Notes: generated from the sequence alone by a model not told the origin. Positions 37,823 to 51,400 are shown, counted from the first letter of the whole stretch. The stretch is 63,836 nt of DNA, filler included, from Reticulomyxa filosa (GCA_000512085.1; 16 parts of 16 records of this genome joined end to end with filler, not necessarily neighbours in it); one strand, 5' to 3'. Translations and numbers: made by a program.

Positions 37823-37925
37823 CGCGCAAACATGCAAGAGACCTTCTCTCGACGACTTGCCGGCTTTTTGGTGGAGAGAAGGTCTCTCCACTCCGCTTCG
37901 CTCCGGTCGAGACGACGGAGATGTC

Positions 37926-37999
37926 TCAGGAATCCGCCGTGAACCCGATCTTCTTCACGATCGGGCCCCAGCGGTCGTAGCTCGATTTCAACAGCGCGC
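37926..37999 (-). CDS. C-terminal fragment of a probable Bug/TctC tripartite tricarboxylate transporter substrate-binding protein
   Basis: ALLKSSYDRWGPIVKKIGFTADS* resembles Bug-family C-termini. GC-rich bacterial codon usage. Confidence 0.55.
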
Positions 38000-38582
38000 N
38001 NNNNNNNNNNNNNNNNNNNNNNNNNNNNNNNNNNNNNNNNNNNTTAATTAATTAANNNNNNNNNNNNNNNNNNNNNNNNNNNNNNNNNNNNNNNNNNNNA
38101 CTCTGTAATTTCAATAAGAGGGGAATGGGATGTGATCATTATGATCCTATTTTGCGCGTTTATTCAATAATATATTAACTTATTGAAGGCATCCAAAGTG
38201 ATAGTATCGTCTTTGCAATTCAATTGCATACGAGTCCTAAAGCGTAACAAATCAAATACAAATAACGCCATTTCTACATCAGATTTAGAGTCAGTTTCTT
38301 TTTGCTTTCACACATTTGTATCGGCCTTGCTTAGTTTTAAATAACTTGTTCCAAATGGAATTACTTTCATATCGTTACCGACTTATCTTCCTTTTTTTTT
38401 TTATCACTTTCAGTTGAGCACCACTTTCATTCAACATACAAATGCACATCGCGTAAATCCCTTTTTGGATCTTTCTAGCAAATATTTCATCAAAACGTAT
38501 AACCGTTAATCTCAATTTGTGGATATTTTTTGGAGTGCCTTTGTGTCATTGGATATATCTATCAGACGTTTGCAAACATTCA

Positions 38583-39748
38583 TCAGAGCATCAAACGCTT
38601 CTTCCAATAGCATTCCTTCCAATTCTGCAAAAATAGTTTCGAGTAATCTTGTACACAATACAGGAACATGAATATCCCCATCTTTGCAACCTTTTCTAGT
38701 TGTTGCTCATTTAACTTCATTGCCATTTCTTTCAGTATATGACTCGATATTTTACACTTATATCTCTGTAATATTCTGAAAGTCACTTAACACAAACTGG
38801 AAAATAATATCCAATTGTTTTTCATTCCATTTCGTTAAAAGGTTTCCAAGTGCTGTTTGGTATGAATAAAAGTAATGGCGTTTCTGCTCATTTGGTAAAG
38901 CATGATAACTTCTTTCAGTTGTTTATCAGTAAAATTCGTTGACATTTCTCCAAGTGATTTTGCACATGATATACGAGCATCTTTATCTTTCAACCCATCG
39001 ATCAAAGTATTAATTGTATTTTCCAGTTTTTCTCATTCAAATTGTTGAAATTTTTTCAGATGATTCTTTACATAAGACACGAATACATTCCTTTTCATCT
39101 TTTAGTCCATTCAGGCATTCGAAAACATCATCCAATTGCTTTTTGCTTAATTTCATTGAAAGAAATCCAATAGACTCTGCATACAATTCTCTGTCATTTT
39201 TGAGTCCATTGATCAAACATGTGAAAACAGAATCGATTTGCCTTTTATTCAATTTCATTGTAATTCCTTTAAGTAAATCTTTGGATTTGTAACAATAATA
39301 TCCATTTTTGAAACCCATCAATCAAACATTGAACAGTAATATCCAATTGTCTTTCATTCCATTTCCATGAAAATGTTACAAGCGCTTCCATACATGATTT
39401 TCGAACAAAAGAATCACTATCTTTTAATCCATTTATCAAACATTTAAAAACATCATCGAAATGTTTTTCACTGCAATTACTCCAAGTAATTTTGCACATT
39501 TCGTACGTACATTTTTATCATTATTTCCATCATTGAATATATCCATTAAAGATTTAAAAGCTTTATTCAATTGTTGTTCATTACATTTATGTGTTGGATT
39601 TTACAAGAAATGATTGGTTGTACACGTTTTAATCCTTCCCATGCAATTTCAGATAAATAATCCATTTCAATTTTAAACATATTAAATATTTTGTTTTCAT
39701 TTAATTTGTTATCCAATCCATTTGATCTCATCCAGTTCCATTTCGTAT
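38583..39748 (-). pseudogene. Degenerate HEAT-repeat protein
   Basis: Repeats of QLD.VF.CLINGLKD....VR.SC...L..IS.KWNEK with many frameshifts and stops. Confidence 0.75.
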
Positions 39749-41354
39749 NNNNNNNNNNNNNNNNNNNNNNNNNNNNNNNNNNNNNNNNNNNNTTAATTAA
39801 TTAANNNNNNNNNNNNNNNNNNNNNNNNNNNNNNNNNNNNNNNNNNNNTAACCTGCTGTCAAAAAATATATCCACATCTTCCTTGTTATGTCCTGTTTGT
39901 AGTGATAACGACCAGTATTCTAAATTTTTTAGTTGCTTTTGCAAGGCCAACATAGCTTTCAAAAGTATTATTCTTATTATTTTTATTTTTAAGTTGCCCC
40001 CAAAGTTTTGGAGTTTTAGTTGTCATGCCCTTGCTTGTCGGTGATTGTATACTGTTTGATGCCACCAAAAGGTATATGAATACAAGAATTGCTGCCCTCT
40101 AAACAGTACTAAGCACAAGAAGTTTACAACGAAAAAGATTTCTGAACGGGTTTCGTTGATCCAGAAGCAGCAAACAAAGAGAAAGACTGCAACAAGTACA
40201 GAATTATCAACAAACCCCAGTCGAACAAAAAAGGTAAAAACTAAACGAAACATGCGCTTGCATTGTCCAAGTTCATAATCTGAACAAACTTCAACAAAAT
40301 CTCCAGTCAAACAAAAAAGGATGGAAAACGACAAATTAATAAGCTGAAATTAAAGTAAAATGAATATTTTGTTGTATTTTTTTGCAAATTACAACTGTCA
40401 TTGCTTTTGTTAGAAAAATTGATTTTTTTATTTTTTGATTCAACTATTTTCATACATTAAAAAGACAAATAAAAGCAGTGTAAGAGCTGTTGCTGCGGAA
40501 GGAGACTGCACTAAATGTAATAAGAAAAGTGATAAACTCTTTCGAGCAGATTTTCAACAACTCAAAGTAATTTAAATAAAGAAGAAAAGGCAAAAACAAT
40601 AACGAAAAAAGTAAAAGGAAAACACAAGAAAGGTTGTTGTGAAGAGTGGGGAAAGCTTAACCCATGGGGGCTCAACAGCCCCTTTTACTTTATAGGAGCC
40701 TCTCCTACAGCAGCATGATGAGAGACGAAGCCTTTCTAAAGAGAATACAGAACAAATCATACATAGCTCCAATGACGCACATGAACCTTTTATTCTTGAA
40801 AATTTTGGCTTTGTTCTAAGGGCTTTTAGGGGCTGGCTAACTTAGTATGCAAGATTATGCATTTTCGAAGCCTTGCTTCTTTAAAAAAATTCTTATATAT
40901 TCAATTTTAGTGCAAAAGAAAGTATCTAGTTTTTATTTTAAAAAATTTTCAAAAAAGCATTCAAGGAATTTTAGGAAATTAATTAATTTTTTTGGATATC
41001 AGCATTATTGAGACATCTCACAGTAGTTCGGCACTGCCAGAGAGTAGTCACAAAAAGTTTCTCCCAAAAAATCTATTGGAGGATTTCGATAATCGGATTT
41101 TGTCACTCGCTCACATTCAAAATCAAAACAAACAAAAAACTGATAAGACAACCAAGCACAGACCTTTTCGATGCTCTTCCTGTACACATCATATCCTAAG
41201 TGGATGAGATGACAGCAATTTGAAGATAAAAAAGAAAAAATCTTGTAGGTGTGTTTCTTATTGCTCGGGGGCTTAGCCCATATTTTTTTAAAAAAGAGGA
41301 AAAAAACAAGAACGGAAAAAAATTTCAATTTAAAAAAGAAAACTTTTGACACTG

Positions 41355-42895
41355 TTAAGGCATCCTGATAGCGCCTTCTTCTACAAGCCGCTTATATCTC
41401 TCAGAAGTCATAAATTCTGGAAAGACACGAGATATCATATCTGATTTTACTTCTTGTTTTGCTTTATCCAGTAAATCTGAAGGTAACATATCATTCTTTT
41501 TTGTTTGTACAAAAGCTTTCATTGCTTCATGTCTTGTCGTTCCTTGAATTGCGTCCAGAAACTTTGGACTTTCAGGCTGTTGAAAATCACAACAAAAATT
41601 TATTTTTGTCAAAAAAAAAGGAATTATTACACAAACCAGGAAAAATGTTTCGATGATCAATTTGGCATTGTCACGTTGTGTTTTGGGATTGCAAGCTGGA
41701 TCTTGAGTGAAAGCTTTGAATTGATTTGCCATTAAATAAAATTCGAGTAACTTATAATCAGCAGCTTTTCTGTTGATATAAAAATATTTATATACATGTA
41801 CATAAATATTATATTGAAATAGATAATGCATATTGTCTTTAACTTTTTTAAATATTTCAATAAAACTCGGAGTAATGTAGTGTCTTCCAAAAATGTGGAC
41901 AAGTCGCCAACAGGAACATCCGAATCATTGTCCTGTATTTCATTCGATTTATCATTGTGAGGACGTGGAGCAGACGCTTTGGTTGGATTCACTGGAGAAC
42001 TACTCTCGGAAATCACGGGCAGATAGTCTGACGTCTGTGAAGAAGGAGGGACCATAGTTCCGTCTGTGTTCATTAATGCACCTTGAGGCACAGCATCCTC
42101 GCCTTGGTTTCCTCCCGTCTCGACCTGTATCGGACGTGCAGCAATTTCAGAAGTACGTCCACTCAAATCAGCAGGCGGTATATTGATTTCCATTTCCTCA
42201 TCAACATTGTTATCATTCCCTGCAACCAACTCCACTGCTGCACGTGACGATGCTTGTTTTGATAGTCGTTTGGCATTGCTGGTTCGTCTCACAATCTCCC
42301 TTTTTTTATTGGGTTCGGATTCGTTTCCATTTTTCGGTTCTGCTTTAATCGAAGGACGTGCCTCTTCCAGCATCTGCTGTCGAAACTGCCGATTTGCACT
42401 AGGCATGATCCCACCTTGTTCAAGCATGTCTTTTTCTTTGTACGAAGCGATCTTGATCATTGGTCCTTGCATATAAGGCTGAGCAGAGCTATTTGATTTG
42501 TTTGCGGGATTGTTTTCATTCTTCATCGATTTCATTTCTTCAGGTTTGGGTTTACTCTCGTCTGACGTATCCTTTCGCTTTTGTTGTTGTGGTTGTGATT
42601 GTGGTTGTGGTTGTGGCTGTGGTTGTGGTTGTTCCTGTTTTTGTTTCTGTTGCTTGGGCTTTTCTTCTGCTTCCTCGTGCTCTTCCTCCTCTTCCTCTTC
42701 TTCTTCTTCTTCTTCGTTCTCACGCTTCTCTGAGTCTTCATCTTCATACTCGATACCATTCTCTTGTTGCATTTTTTGCAATTGAGCACCACCCAAAGTA
42801 TGCACACGAGAATGCACAACATCAACGTTGGCATTGCCTCCGACGCCGGCAATCTTCCTCATTACTTCCGCTGTTTCAAAGGTGTTTGTGTTCAT
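41355..42895 (-). CDS. RGS-domain protein with long acidic/disordered N-terminal region, probably 5'-partial
   Basis: LSTFLED...L..LLKYLKK|..LLEFYLMANQFK..AKLIIETFF..ESPKFLD..LLDKAKQEVKSDMISRVFPEFMTSERY is a full RGS fold. Confidence 0.8.
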
Positions 42896-43389
42896 TTGTT
42901 TATTTGTTTATTTGTTTATTTGTTTATTTGTTTATTTNNNNNNNNNNNNNNNNNNNNNNNNNNNNNNNNNNNNNNNNNNNNTTAATTAATTAANNNNNNN
43001 NNNNNNNNNNNNNNNNNNNNNNNNNNNNNNNNNNNNNTCTTTTTTTCCTTGGCAAGGTTGGAGTTCTCAGTGTTGTCGTTGGATGTGATTACGCTATTTC
43101 AAATTTACTCACGAATGACATCGTATGTCAAACTAAATATAGTGCCAACTCTCACACTAGCAGTATCACCAATTATCGTACAAATCGCGATCACAAATAT
43201 GGACTGCCAAAATTGTACGAACAGACTTTGCAAAAATAAAGATTGGGATATTACGTGATGCAAGTTCCAGTTAATTTATCTTTACCTTTCTTTCAATGAA
43301 AAAAATAAACAAGAAAAATGTTTATAGAAGTATGAATAAAAATTTTGACATATCTTAATTTATATATGCATATACACACATAAAATATA

Positions 43390-45914
43390 AACAGACAAGA
43401 ACATGGACCGTGTACAGCATTGTGCTTGGACACTTGGCAAAGCGATTTGATTGTTGGCTTTGTTAGTATCGGAGTTATTGCCTATATGATCACAAGCGTC
43501 CTGGCAGCATGTTGGCTTATAATGAGCCAGGTGTGAATGATATATTAATATCCATGCACACTAATGTAACATGTGATTGTGCGTCCAGGTGAAAGCGATC
43601 ACAGTATGGCGAATGGAGTCATTGGCTGGTATTTTGCTACACTTGTTTTACTTTGATCAGTGTGAAATTCAACGTGTTTATTATTTGAACAATATCTCCT
43701 CCAACAATTGCAGTCAAATTGAAAATGACAGTCCAATTCACAATGACGATAGTGTATACAACAACATACAACAGTTAAGCATGTTCAACTAGGATAAGGT
43801 CAATTAGTATATGTCAATAATTTGGCTAACATACATATATATGTACAAACTCTTTTTAATGCAGAATTATCAACAAAAACAACGTATAATTTGATGGTGT
43901 ATATGCTATACATATTATTAAAAAAAATATATGATCATTAATAAAAAGGTAGAAAAAAAAATAATAGAAAGTGATGGGAAAATGTATAATTGAAAAATGG
44001 GTGAAAAATGGAAACTAGTAAAAAAAAGATTGAAAAATAATAAAATAATAATGAAAAAAAAAAATAAAAAGATTAATAAAAAAAAGAAAAAAAGAATTAT
44101 GATAAAAGAAAAAAAAAATGGAAGTATAAATTTTTTATTTTTAATGTTATAGCATTGACTCCAAAAATCATTATATCACAAGGGATACACTTATTAGTTA
44201 AGTAAATATATTTATATAAATATATACATTTGACTTGATTAAAAAAATATATGTATAATTTGCAGCGAGCAAATTCAAATAAAAAATGATTTCATATTCC
44301 ACATTCTTCTAAGTTTACATATCTGTTGTGTTTTCTCATTTTTTTTGCAACACTAAAATGAGTTTTTCTTTTTTAAATATAGGCTGCAGGTAATAACAAG
44401 ATTATACGCACTCAAAGAATTGTTTCGAGATTCATATTCCCACTAACATCGCCAAGGATGAAAAGGTGAATTTATCCAGTTGCATGAATTTCTACATTCA
44501 GTTTACATATTGCGCTTCATCTTATTGTTATACCTGACACTGTCAACGTGTACGTTCATGCAATTGAGAGGCAGCAAAGTGGTTTGGATCTAACAATTAT
44601 TATTTTTCTTGTGCCATTACAACGCAATGTGCAAGCTTTATTACAACATGGAATGTACTGGATATCGTTGCAACAATACTTCACGCACAAATCAATTTAA
44701 ACACTCAACAATCGTATCAATCTTATCACTCATATCCCCCAACAAGAGCTCAACTTTAATGCAAACACGATATCAAACAGTACATCTCTCTCTATATTAC
44801 CAACAAGGCAATGTCTTCACACATTTATACACTACAGTTGAGAGTAACTATACTTTGTTGCGAAGCCATCTCGAAGTGTGATGTGTTTTTTGGATTGTAT
44901 AGATTGGATTAATTGTATCGATAGTGAAAAGCAAGGACGTGCCAGTATTACAAGTGATGGCGCAGTGGTAAATGCCTCTAGTTATAAGATAGACGTCCGT
45001 TGAACAGATACAACTAGTGACAAGATGAAAACATTGCGAATTGAATTTGAATAGTCCATTTACAATTACCGACGTTATGGTGTATGGTAAATGATGTCAC
45101 ATTATATCAATTGTGGCAGTCTTGGACGTGTGTTATTCGTCGTGGAAATTTAGTGAGCGTATCTCTCGGATGGAGGATCCATCATTTTATTGCGGACACG
45201 CAGTAAAACCAAACAATCAAGCGAATTTCCGTGCGGTGGATGGGCAAAGTTTTTGATTTGCTGCATTTCTTTCGCGTATTTGAATCAAGTATTGCTAGAG
45301 AAATTGATTAAAACAATTTTCTGTTTCAATTCGGACCACGTTATGATTTACCTTCATTGAAAGGTTAGTATCAAATGAGGTTCGGATACTGAAGATATTC
45401 CAAATGGATTGTTGGAAAGAAGTTCGCAATGCAAGATCATGTTCAATCAATAATGTCACTATTTTCATCCATTCACCTAATTCAACGGTTGCCGACACCA
45501 ACGCTGCTGTAAATTGCAGTTCTATTGCGTACAAGTGTGTTGAAAGTATATAAACACTAGCTGATCATACTTTTGGAGTCATCTTCAATTTTTTGACGAC
45601 CAACTATACGACATTGTGCAAATGGTTTGGCTTTATCTATCCTTGCACATCGGCCGGGCTCGTGCAATCAAGCAGGCGATGTCAAATTTTTTCCAGCGGC
45701 TCGAGAACGTATTACAAAGATCAAATCTAATCAAATGAATGCATCATCGATAATTGCACGTTGCCTCCAATGTGTTGTATCGAGATACGAGTGGAAAAAT
45801 AGTCGTTATATTTGGGAAGCAAATAGATATTTTTTCAAACAAAGCAATCCTCCAAGAAATAATCCAAGCCAATCCACGTGTTCAATATTGCCATCGAAAG
45901 AAGATACTCTGAGC
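43390..45914 (+). pseudogene. Heavily decayed Cys-rich, probably extracellular, protein gene
   Basis: Coding-like composition with Cys/Asn/Thr-rich short frames broken by stops. No family can be assigned. Confidence 0.25.
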
Positions 45915-47028
45915 NNNNNNNNNNNNNNNNNNNNNNNNNNNNNNNNNNNNNNNNNNNNTTAATTAATTAANNNNNNNNNNNNNNNNNNNNNNNNNNNNNN
46001 NNNNNNNNNNNNNNTCTATCATCTTCATAAGGTGGCATTTTAGGTGTTCAGTTTTTTTAGCAACCTACTGTATTTATAAGTTTTTTTATTCTAATTTTTT
46101 TGAAATACTATTGCTAGGCATGTCTCTTTGTTAACTAAGACACATTGTAGCAATGTATTCCTTAAATACATTGACTAATTTGACTAACAAAATTTAATGA
46201 ACAATAATGCGAATGAAGTAAAAGGAAAACACAAGCTCAGTTATACATGGAGATGATAACAGCAGCAAAACATTGGCGTGAAAATTATGGTTCAATTGAA
46301 TATTGAACTAAAGCGACATAATCTAACATAAGCAGTGCAGTGTCCATGATACGTCGTAATAAGCAGTTCTCGCAAAATCCAAGTGAACTTTGGAACCCCT
46401 TTATTCTAACAACACACTACTCACTTTCACGACTTGTCTTTCCTCTTTTGCTTGGTTGAATCTTGTCATTTGTTTTTCTTTTATTTAATTAATTGTTCTT
46501 TTGTTTTAAATTGTTCAGAAGAGCGAAACCTTTCGTATTACATTTTGTGCACCTCTTTCAGCAGAAAACCCACAGCAGCAATAAATTTTTCTTTGTTTTA
46601 AAATTAATGCGCTTGACACAATTATTATTTTTTATTCATTGTAATATGCCTTTTGGGATAGGTGTCTTCGACTTGGAAAATAATCGTTTACTAAAACTCT
46701 TTTACATAAAATTCATTTATTTCATGTAATTGTCTAGTTTTTGTTTTATCACTTAACTTTTCTGCATACTTCTTCTTTGTTTATACTGTATTATTTACTT
46801 TATAAGTATTGATTATAATATTAATTAGACTGAAGTAAATTATAAATTTAAAAAGATAAAATGATTATTCAATTATGACTTTGTTATAAGTGATTTATGT
46901 AAATACACTAATTGTATTTTTGATGAAATTCTAGCAAAAAAATCTTTTGTATTACTCTCTGCAACGACCACTTACTACAAAGGCATTCAAAAATTTTGTG
47001 TACTTCAAAAAAAAATGCTGGCTGCTGC

Positions 47029-48300
47029 TTAATTGCATTTATATTCATATAACAAAACGTTTGCTCCATTGTCAACTATGTTGTCAATATTCCTTTCTAA
47101 TGTCACTTTTTCGTCATTTGCACAAAACCAATTTTCATTGTGCATGTTTTTCACCCATGAATAATAATGACCACTTTTGTTATTGCTACCTGTATGAACG
47201 CACACTCCAATCAGCTGATAGTGTTTGTCTCTTAGTTCAAACTTTAACGGATATTTTATGCGATAAGACAATTTTCCCTGATTAAATTGTCTTGCACGAT
47301 CCAATCTGATTATTAGCACTTTAGGTGGGACAACAATATATTTTTGAACTCCCACAACACGTTGTAACTTTTTCGACTTGGAGCAATTGCATTTCAACAA
47401 GTAGTAATTTGGTTCTAAGTTTTCTTCTAATACTTCGGCAAAGCTTTCCTTAATATCACAGAAACTTTTTTCAATATTCTTGGGCTGTTCCAGTGCATTT
47501 ATCAAGTCTTTGATAATCTAATGGATTATTTGAATTTTTTGTTAAAAAAAAAAAAAAAGGCTCAAACTTTTATATCTTTCCACTAATCAATAAAATTTTT
47601 ATTGTTGTTGTCTTTGCACATACTTGCAACGCACTGTCTTGGCATTCTTTCAAACAATCTACGGATTTTTTATATTTTTTTATTTGACTGAAAAGTTCAC
47701 TTGAGACTTCACCGGTTTTTATACTTTCTTTATCGAGTAAAGGCCATTTCATAGAAGAGGTATCGCTTTTTTCATGTTGCAAAAAATCGTTCAAAAATTC
47801 AATCGGCGACTTTTTCGTCATTTCAACATAATCTCAAAAAGAGGCAGGTGATGCTGAAACGTGAGCGATTCGCTTTCAATGCCCTTAAATAACCAGCACC
47901 AACAAAGAACAAAATTGAAGTTTATACAGTTTTATATAAATAAAAAAATATGAACTTGAATAAGCTGTTTAATGTTATTTTTGAAATATACGATCGTTAA
48001 TAGTTCATTTTTTTTTTTTGAAATGTCCACACTCTCTTTTGTGACCAAAACATCACCATAAAATATCACCGGTTCATCTCCATCATTTTGGAAGTCATCC
48101 ATTACTTCCTTTACTTTACGTAGCAATTTCTCATAGCAATATTTTTCTTCGCTCATATTTAGTGTGCGAAAGTATATACGTGTAGAGTCTTTATTCTCAT
48201 TGCAGAACAACACCCTTACGATGACTTCGCGCCTTTTGTTCTTTTTCTATTCAAGATGAGTACAGCGCCCCGTTCCCATATTTTCATGTATTTACCATTA
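47029..48300 (-). CDS. Ubiquitin-specific protease (peptidase C19), C-terminal part, multi-exon
   Basis: PPKVLIIRLDR, YQLIGVCVHTGS...SGHYYSWVK, WFCANDEKV, ANVLLYE (His box). The Cys box is not on this contig. Confidence 0.85.
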
Positions 48301-48431
48301 CCAATGTTGGTGCAACAAAAATAAAAAAAAANNNNNNNNNNNNNNNNNNNNNNNNNNNNNNNNNNNNNNNNNNNNTTAATTAATTAANNNNNNNNNNNNN
48401 NNNNNNNNNNNNNNNNNNNNNNNNNNNNNNN

Positions 48432-51400
48432 GTGTCAATCATTTTCTTCCAAGGAAGGATCCTTTTTTTCAATTCGGAAATCTCGTGTGTTATTTTCTTA
48501 AGATTATAAACAATTTCATCTCGCTTCGCTGTATCAATTCCATGCTTATCAACGTCAGCAAACAGCAAATCAATTTCGGTGATCAGCTCTGTATCTATAA
48601 ACCACATTAAATGTTCAAGGGAGAGAGTTTTTTTGTGTACAGCAGTAGCCAAGGCTTTCCATTTTTCCTTTGCCTGCACCACACATTGTTCCATGATCAC
48701 TTTCAAGTCCCCTTGGCAAGATTTCTTGATTTGGTTCCATATTTTGTGAAATACATTGCTTTCTATCAATACATCTAAAATATTCATTGGCTGTTCCAAT
48801 GTTTTCAACAAGTCAAATGCATTGTGAAACATGTTTTGAAACGATGCAAATCTCCTCGTTTCCGAAAAAGTGCAACACAATACTAAGTCTTTGGAAATGT
48901 CTTCCACGAGGAAATATCTACTCATCACACGTTCAAATAAATTTACAATTGTATCAAACTGTTTATATTTGTCCAACAGCTCTTTGAATTTCATCTCTTG
49001 TTTACCCAATTCCATCTCTGGTTTACTCAATTTCACAAGATTTGCTACTTTATCTTCATTGCCATTTGTACAAACAAACTTGCACGTGGCCAATGTGATG
49101 GTATCGTCTTTGACCAATTCAAACAAGTGCGACAGCGTGTCATTGACAAAGTTTACAAACAATTGGAATGCTTTCACATTTGCAATGTTCTCGGATATAA
49201 TATCCATCCATAAAATGCATTTGAAGCAATAGGCTAAGCTTGTTTCCAACACGTGAGCGTTTTGCGAAGCTCGCTTTTCTTCCAAAAATTCTTCTTGCAT
49301 GTGGGTATTATCTGACCGAATTATTTGTCCAATGTTTCTAGAATTGCTCGATAAACTTGTTGTATCATCTTTGATATCATTAGAAATGAGTGATTTGGTT
49401 TCGACTTCCCACGTCAGTATGGGCACGTTTATCATTATAGCAAACACATGATTCCACAACGCCCAACCCACCGACGGCTGCACAAGACACTGTTGCACAC
49501 ACTCAATGTCCTCTTTGCTCCAAAAGTCACCATCGATAGTCATTTTTTTTTGCTGTAATTTCACCTCGCCAATGAAAAACTCTAAACATGTGCGAGGGAG
49601 TTCATAAAAGTAGGGATAAGAAAGCAGCTGTATCACCTTGCGATGGAAGTGCAAGGAGGAGGAAGAAGAAGAAGGAGATAACAATGATCCAGGTTTACTA
49701 TCCAACGAATCGTGTTGAAGCCATTCGCGTAAAGATTCTTGCAGCAATTTCTTCCACAAATAAACATTTTTGGTTTCATCACCATTTTTGATATCATCAT
49801 GAAACAGTCGCAACCACAAGGAGTGATATTTTACATTGCTTCGAAGAGCCAGTAAAGTTTTGGTCGTCAAACGCTCCATAGTGCTCTTAATCTCATTGTT
49901 TTCCATTGATACATGTGTCCAAAGAATATTCAAAAGCATTGGCATTATTTCATACGTCACACTTTCGGCGTTCATAAATGTTTCTATTGTTTGTAGAATT
50001 TTACTCCCTTCCGTCCAAATTTTCTTTTCTTTTAACACAATGTTTTCAAAAAAGTTCTGGCATTGATCTTCCCAGGCAATCATATCGATATAATCCCTCG
50101 AGTTGAATAAGTTGAAAAACAGCTGCGTATTTTCATTCAGTATTTTTTTCTCTTCCAATTTTTGCAAAAATGAATGCCACTTTTCAAGATCACTTTGAAA
50201 CAGATTCAAAATCACTTTGCCAAATGACTCATGGCTGAACACATTTCTCCATACTTCTGTTTTTGGACACTCTAGCTCCAACAGAAAGTCCAAAATTTGT
50301 TTGGAAAGATTTTCATTTTCACGAATAACCATCAGATCGATCAAATACTTCTCCACAGGAATTTGGTTTTTATTTTTTGTTGTTCTCACCAACAAATCTA
50401 CTTTCAATATACTTATCCCCGCTTCTGCCATCGATCCGTTGTCAATATTTTCAAAATTTATTTTTGCCAAACACGCAGGTGCATCACTTAGAATATATCC
50501 AAGTGCTGAGTAATAGTTAAGACATGGAACAAGAGCCAGCTCTTCCACCGGGCCAAGAAGTTGGTTACGCAATATGCAATACTGCTGCCATAACATATTC
50601 TTTACATCCTTGGGTGGCTCATTATTGCAGTGTATTGCCGTAATGTACACTGCATTTAACAATGTGGCTGGTGATAAGTTACAACTGCAATCCGCTTTCA
50701 ATAGCTTTCTTAAAAATGTAAAGCGATATACCTTAAATATCACCAAAAAAACATTGAATTTTTATTCCTAAAAGGGGACATGTTTGAAACGTAAAAAGAA
50801 TTTGCTGCAAAACTGATTTCATATTTGCAGTGGCACTTTTCCAGTTTATTATTTCTAAATTACACCAGGCTTCAATGCGAGTTTCTTGTACGTTTTCTTT
50901 TTCCAAATCGTTGTAAGCACTACTCACAAACTCAAAGTCATTGGCAGAAGCGCTAATAGAAGACAGCAAATGAAAAAATATTGAGTGGCCCCTTTGCGTA
51001 TCATTACAATTCTGTTGGGAAAAATCGAAAAAACCTTTTTTCTTTTGAATCAAACAAGCACTGCGATCATGAGAAAATGAGTAATTCGCTATTTCTCTTA
51101 TTTTGCCTGTGTACATACCAACACGAACGCTGGACGATACATTTTTAGTTATCGTGAAATCTCGATAATATAACGAAGGTGTTTTTTTACTATCAACTGC
51201 TTTCATTTTGTGCCATTCTATATGGCTCCAAAAAAAAAAAAGATTTGTCGATGAAAGTGTTATCAAAAAACAACTGACTCTTTTTTTTTTTGTTTTATTT
51301 ATACAAAGAATGACCTTTATTTGTGCCAAAGCAAATTACGACGGCCGAGCCGGATTCCAGTTTTGTAATATCAGGATTGAAGAAATATATCCGAAATTGT

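Larger units (their letters stand above)
36659..37838 (-). mobile_element. Complete IS110-family insertion sequence flanked by a CT core (AG on + strand at 36659-36660 and 37837-37838)
   Basis: Removing the element restores a 45-bp palindrome arm that matches the opposite arm at 44/45 positions. No long terminal inverted repeats or TSD. About 215-nt non-coding left end and 15-nt right end. Confidence 0.92.
36628..37918. repeat. 113-bp palindromic REP/CIR-like element interrupted by the IS110 (parts 36628-36660 and 37839-37918)
   Basis: Arms CCGTCGTCTCGACCGGAGCGAAGCG(C/G)AGTGGAGAGACCTTCTCTC, inverted around a 23-nt spacer. Confidence 0.85.

Noticed and set aside
36614-37999. IS110 as a horizontally transferred element in the eukaryote genome
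   Set aside because: The whole contig, including the flanks, is bacterial and has no junction to host DNA.
36566-38051. Long overlapping ORFs (359, 360, 195 and 155 aa) on the IS110 contig, and the 37722 start for the transposase
   Set aside because: Shadow ORFs of GC-rich DNA. The true start is ATG 37623 with an RBS, and the upstream extension overlaps the bridge RNA.
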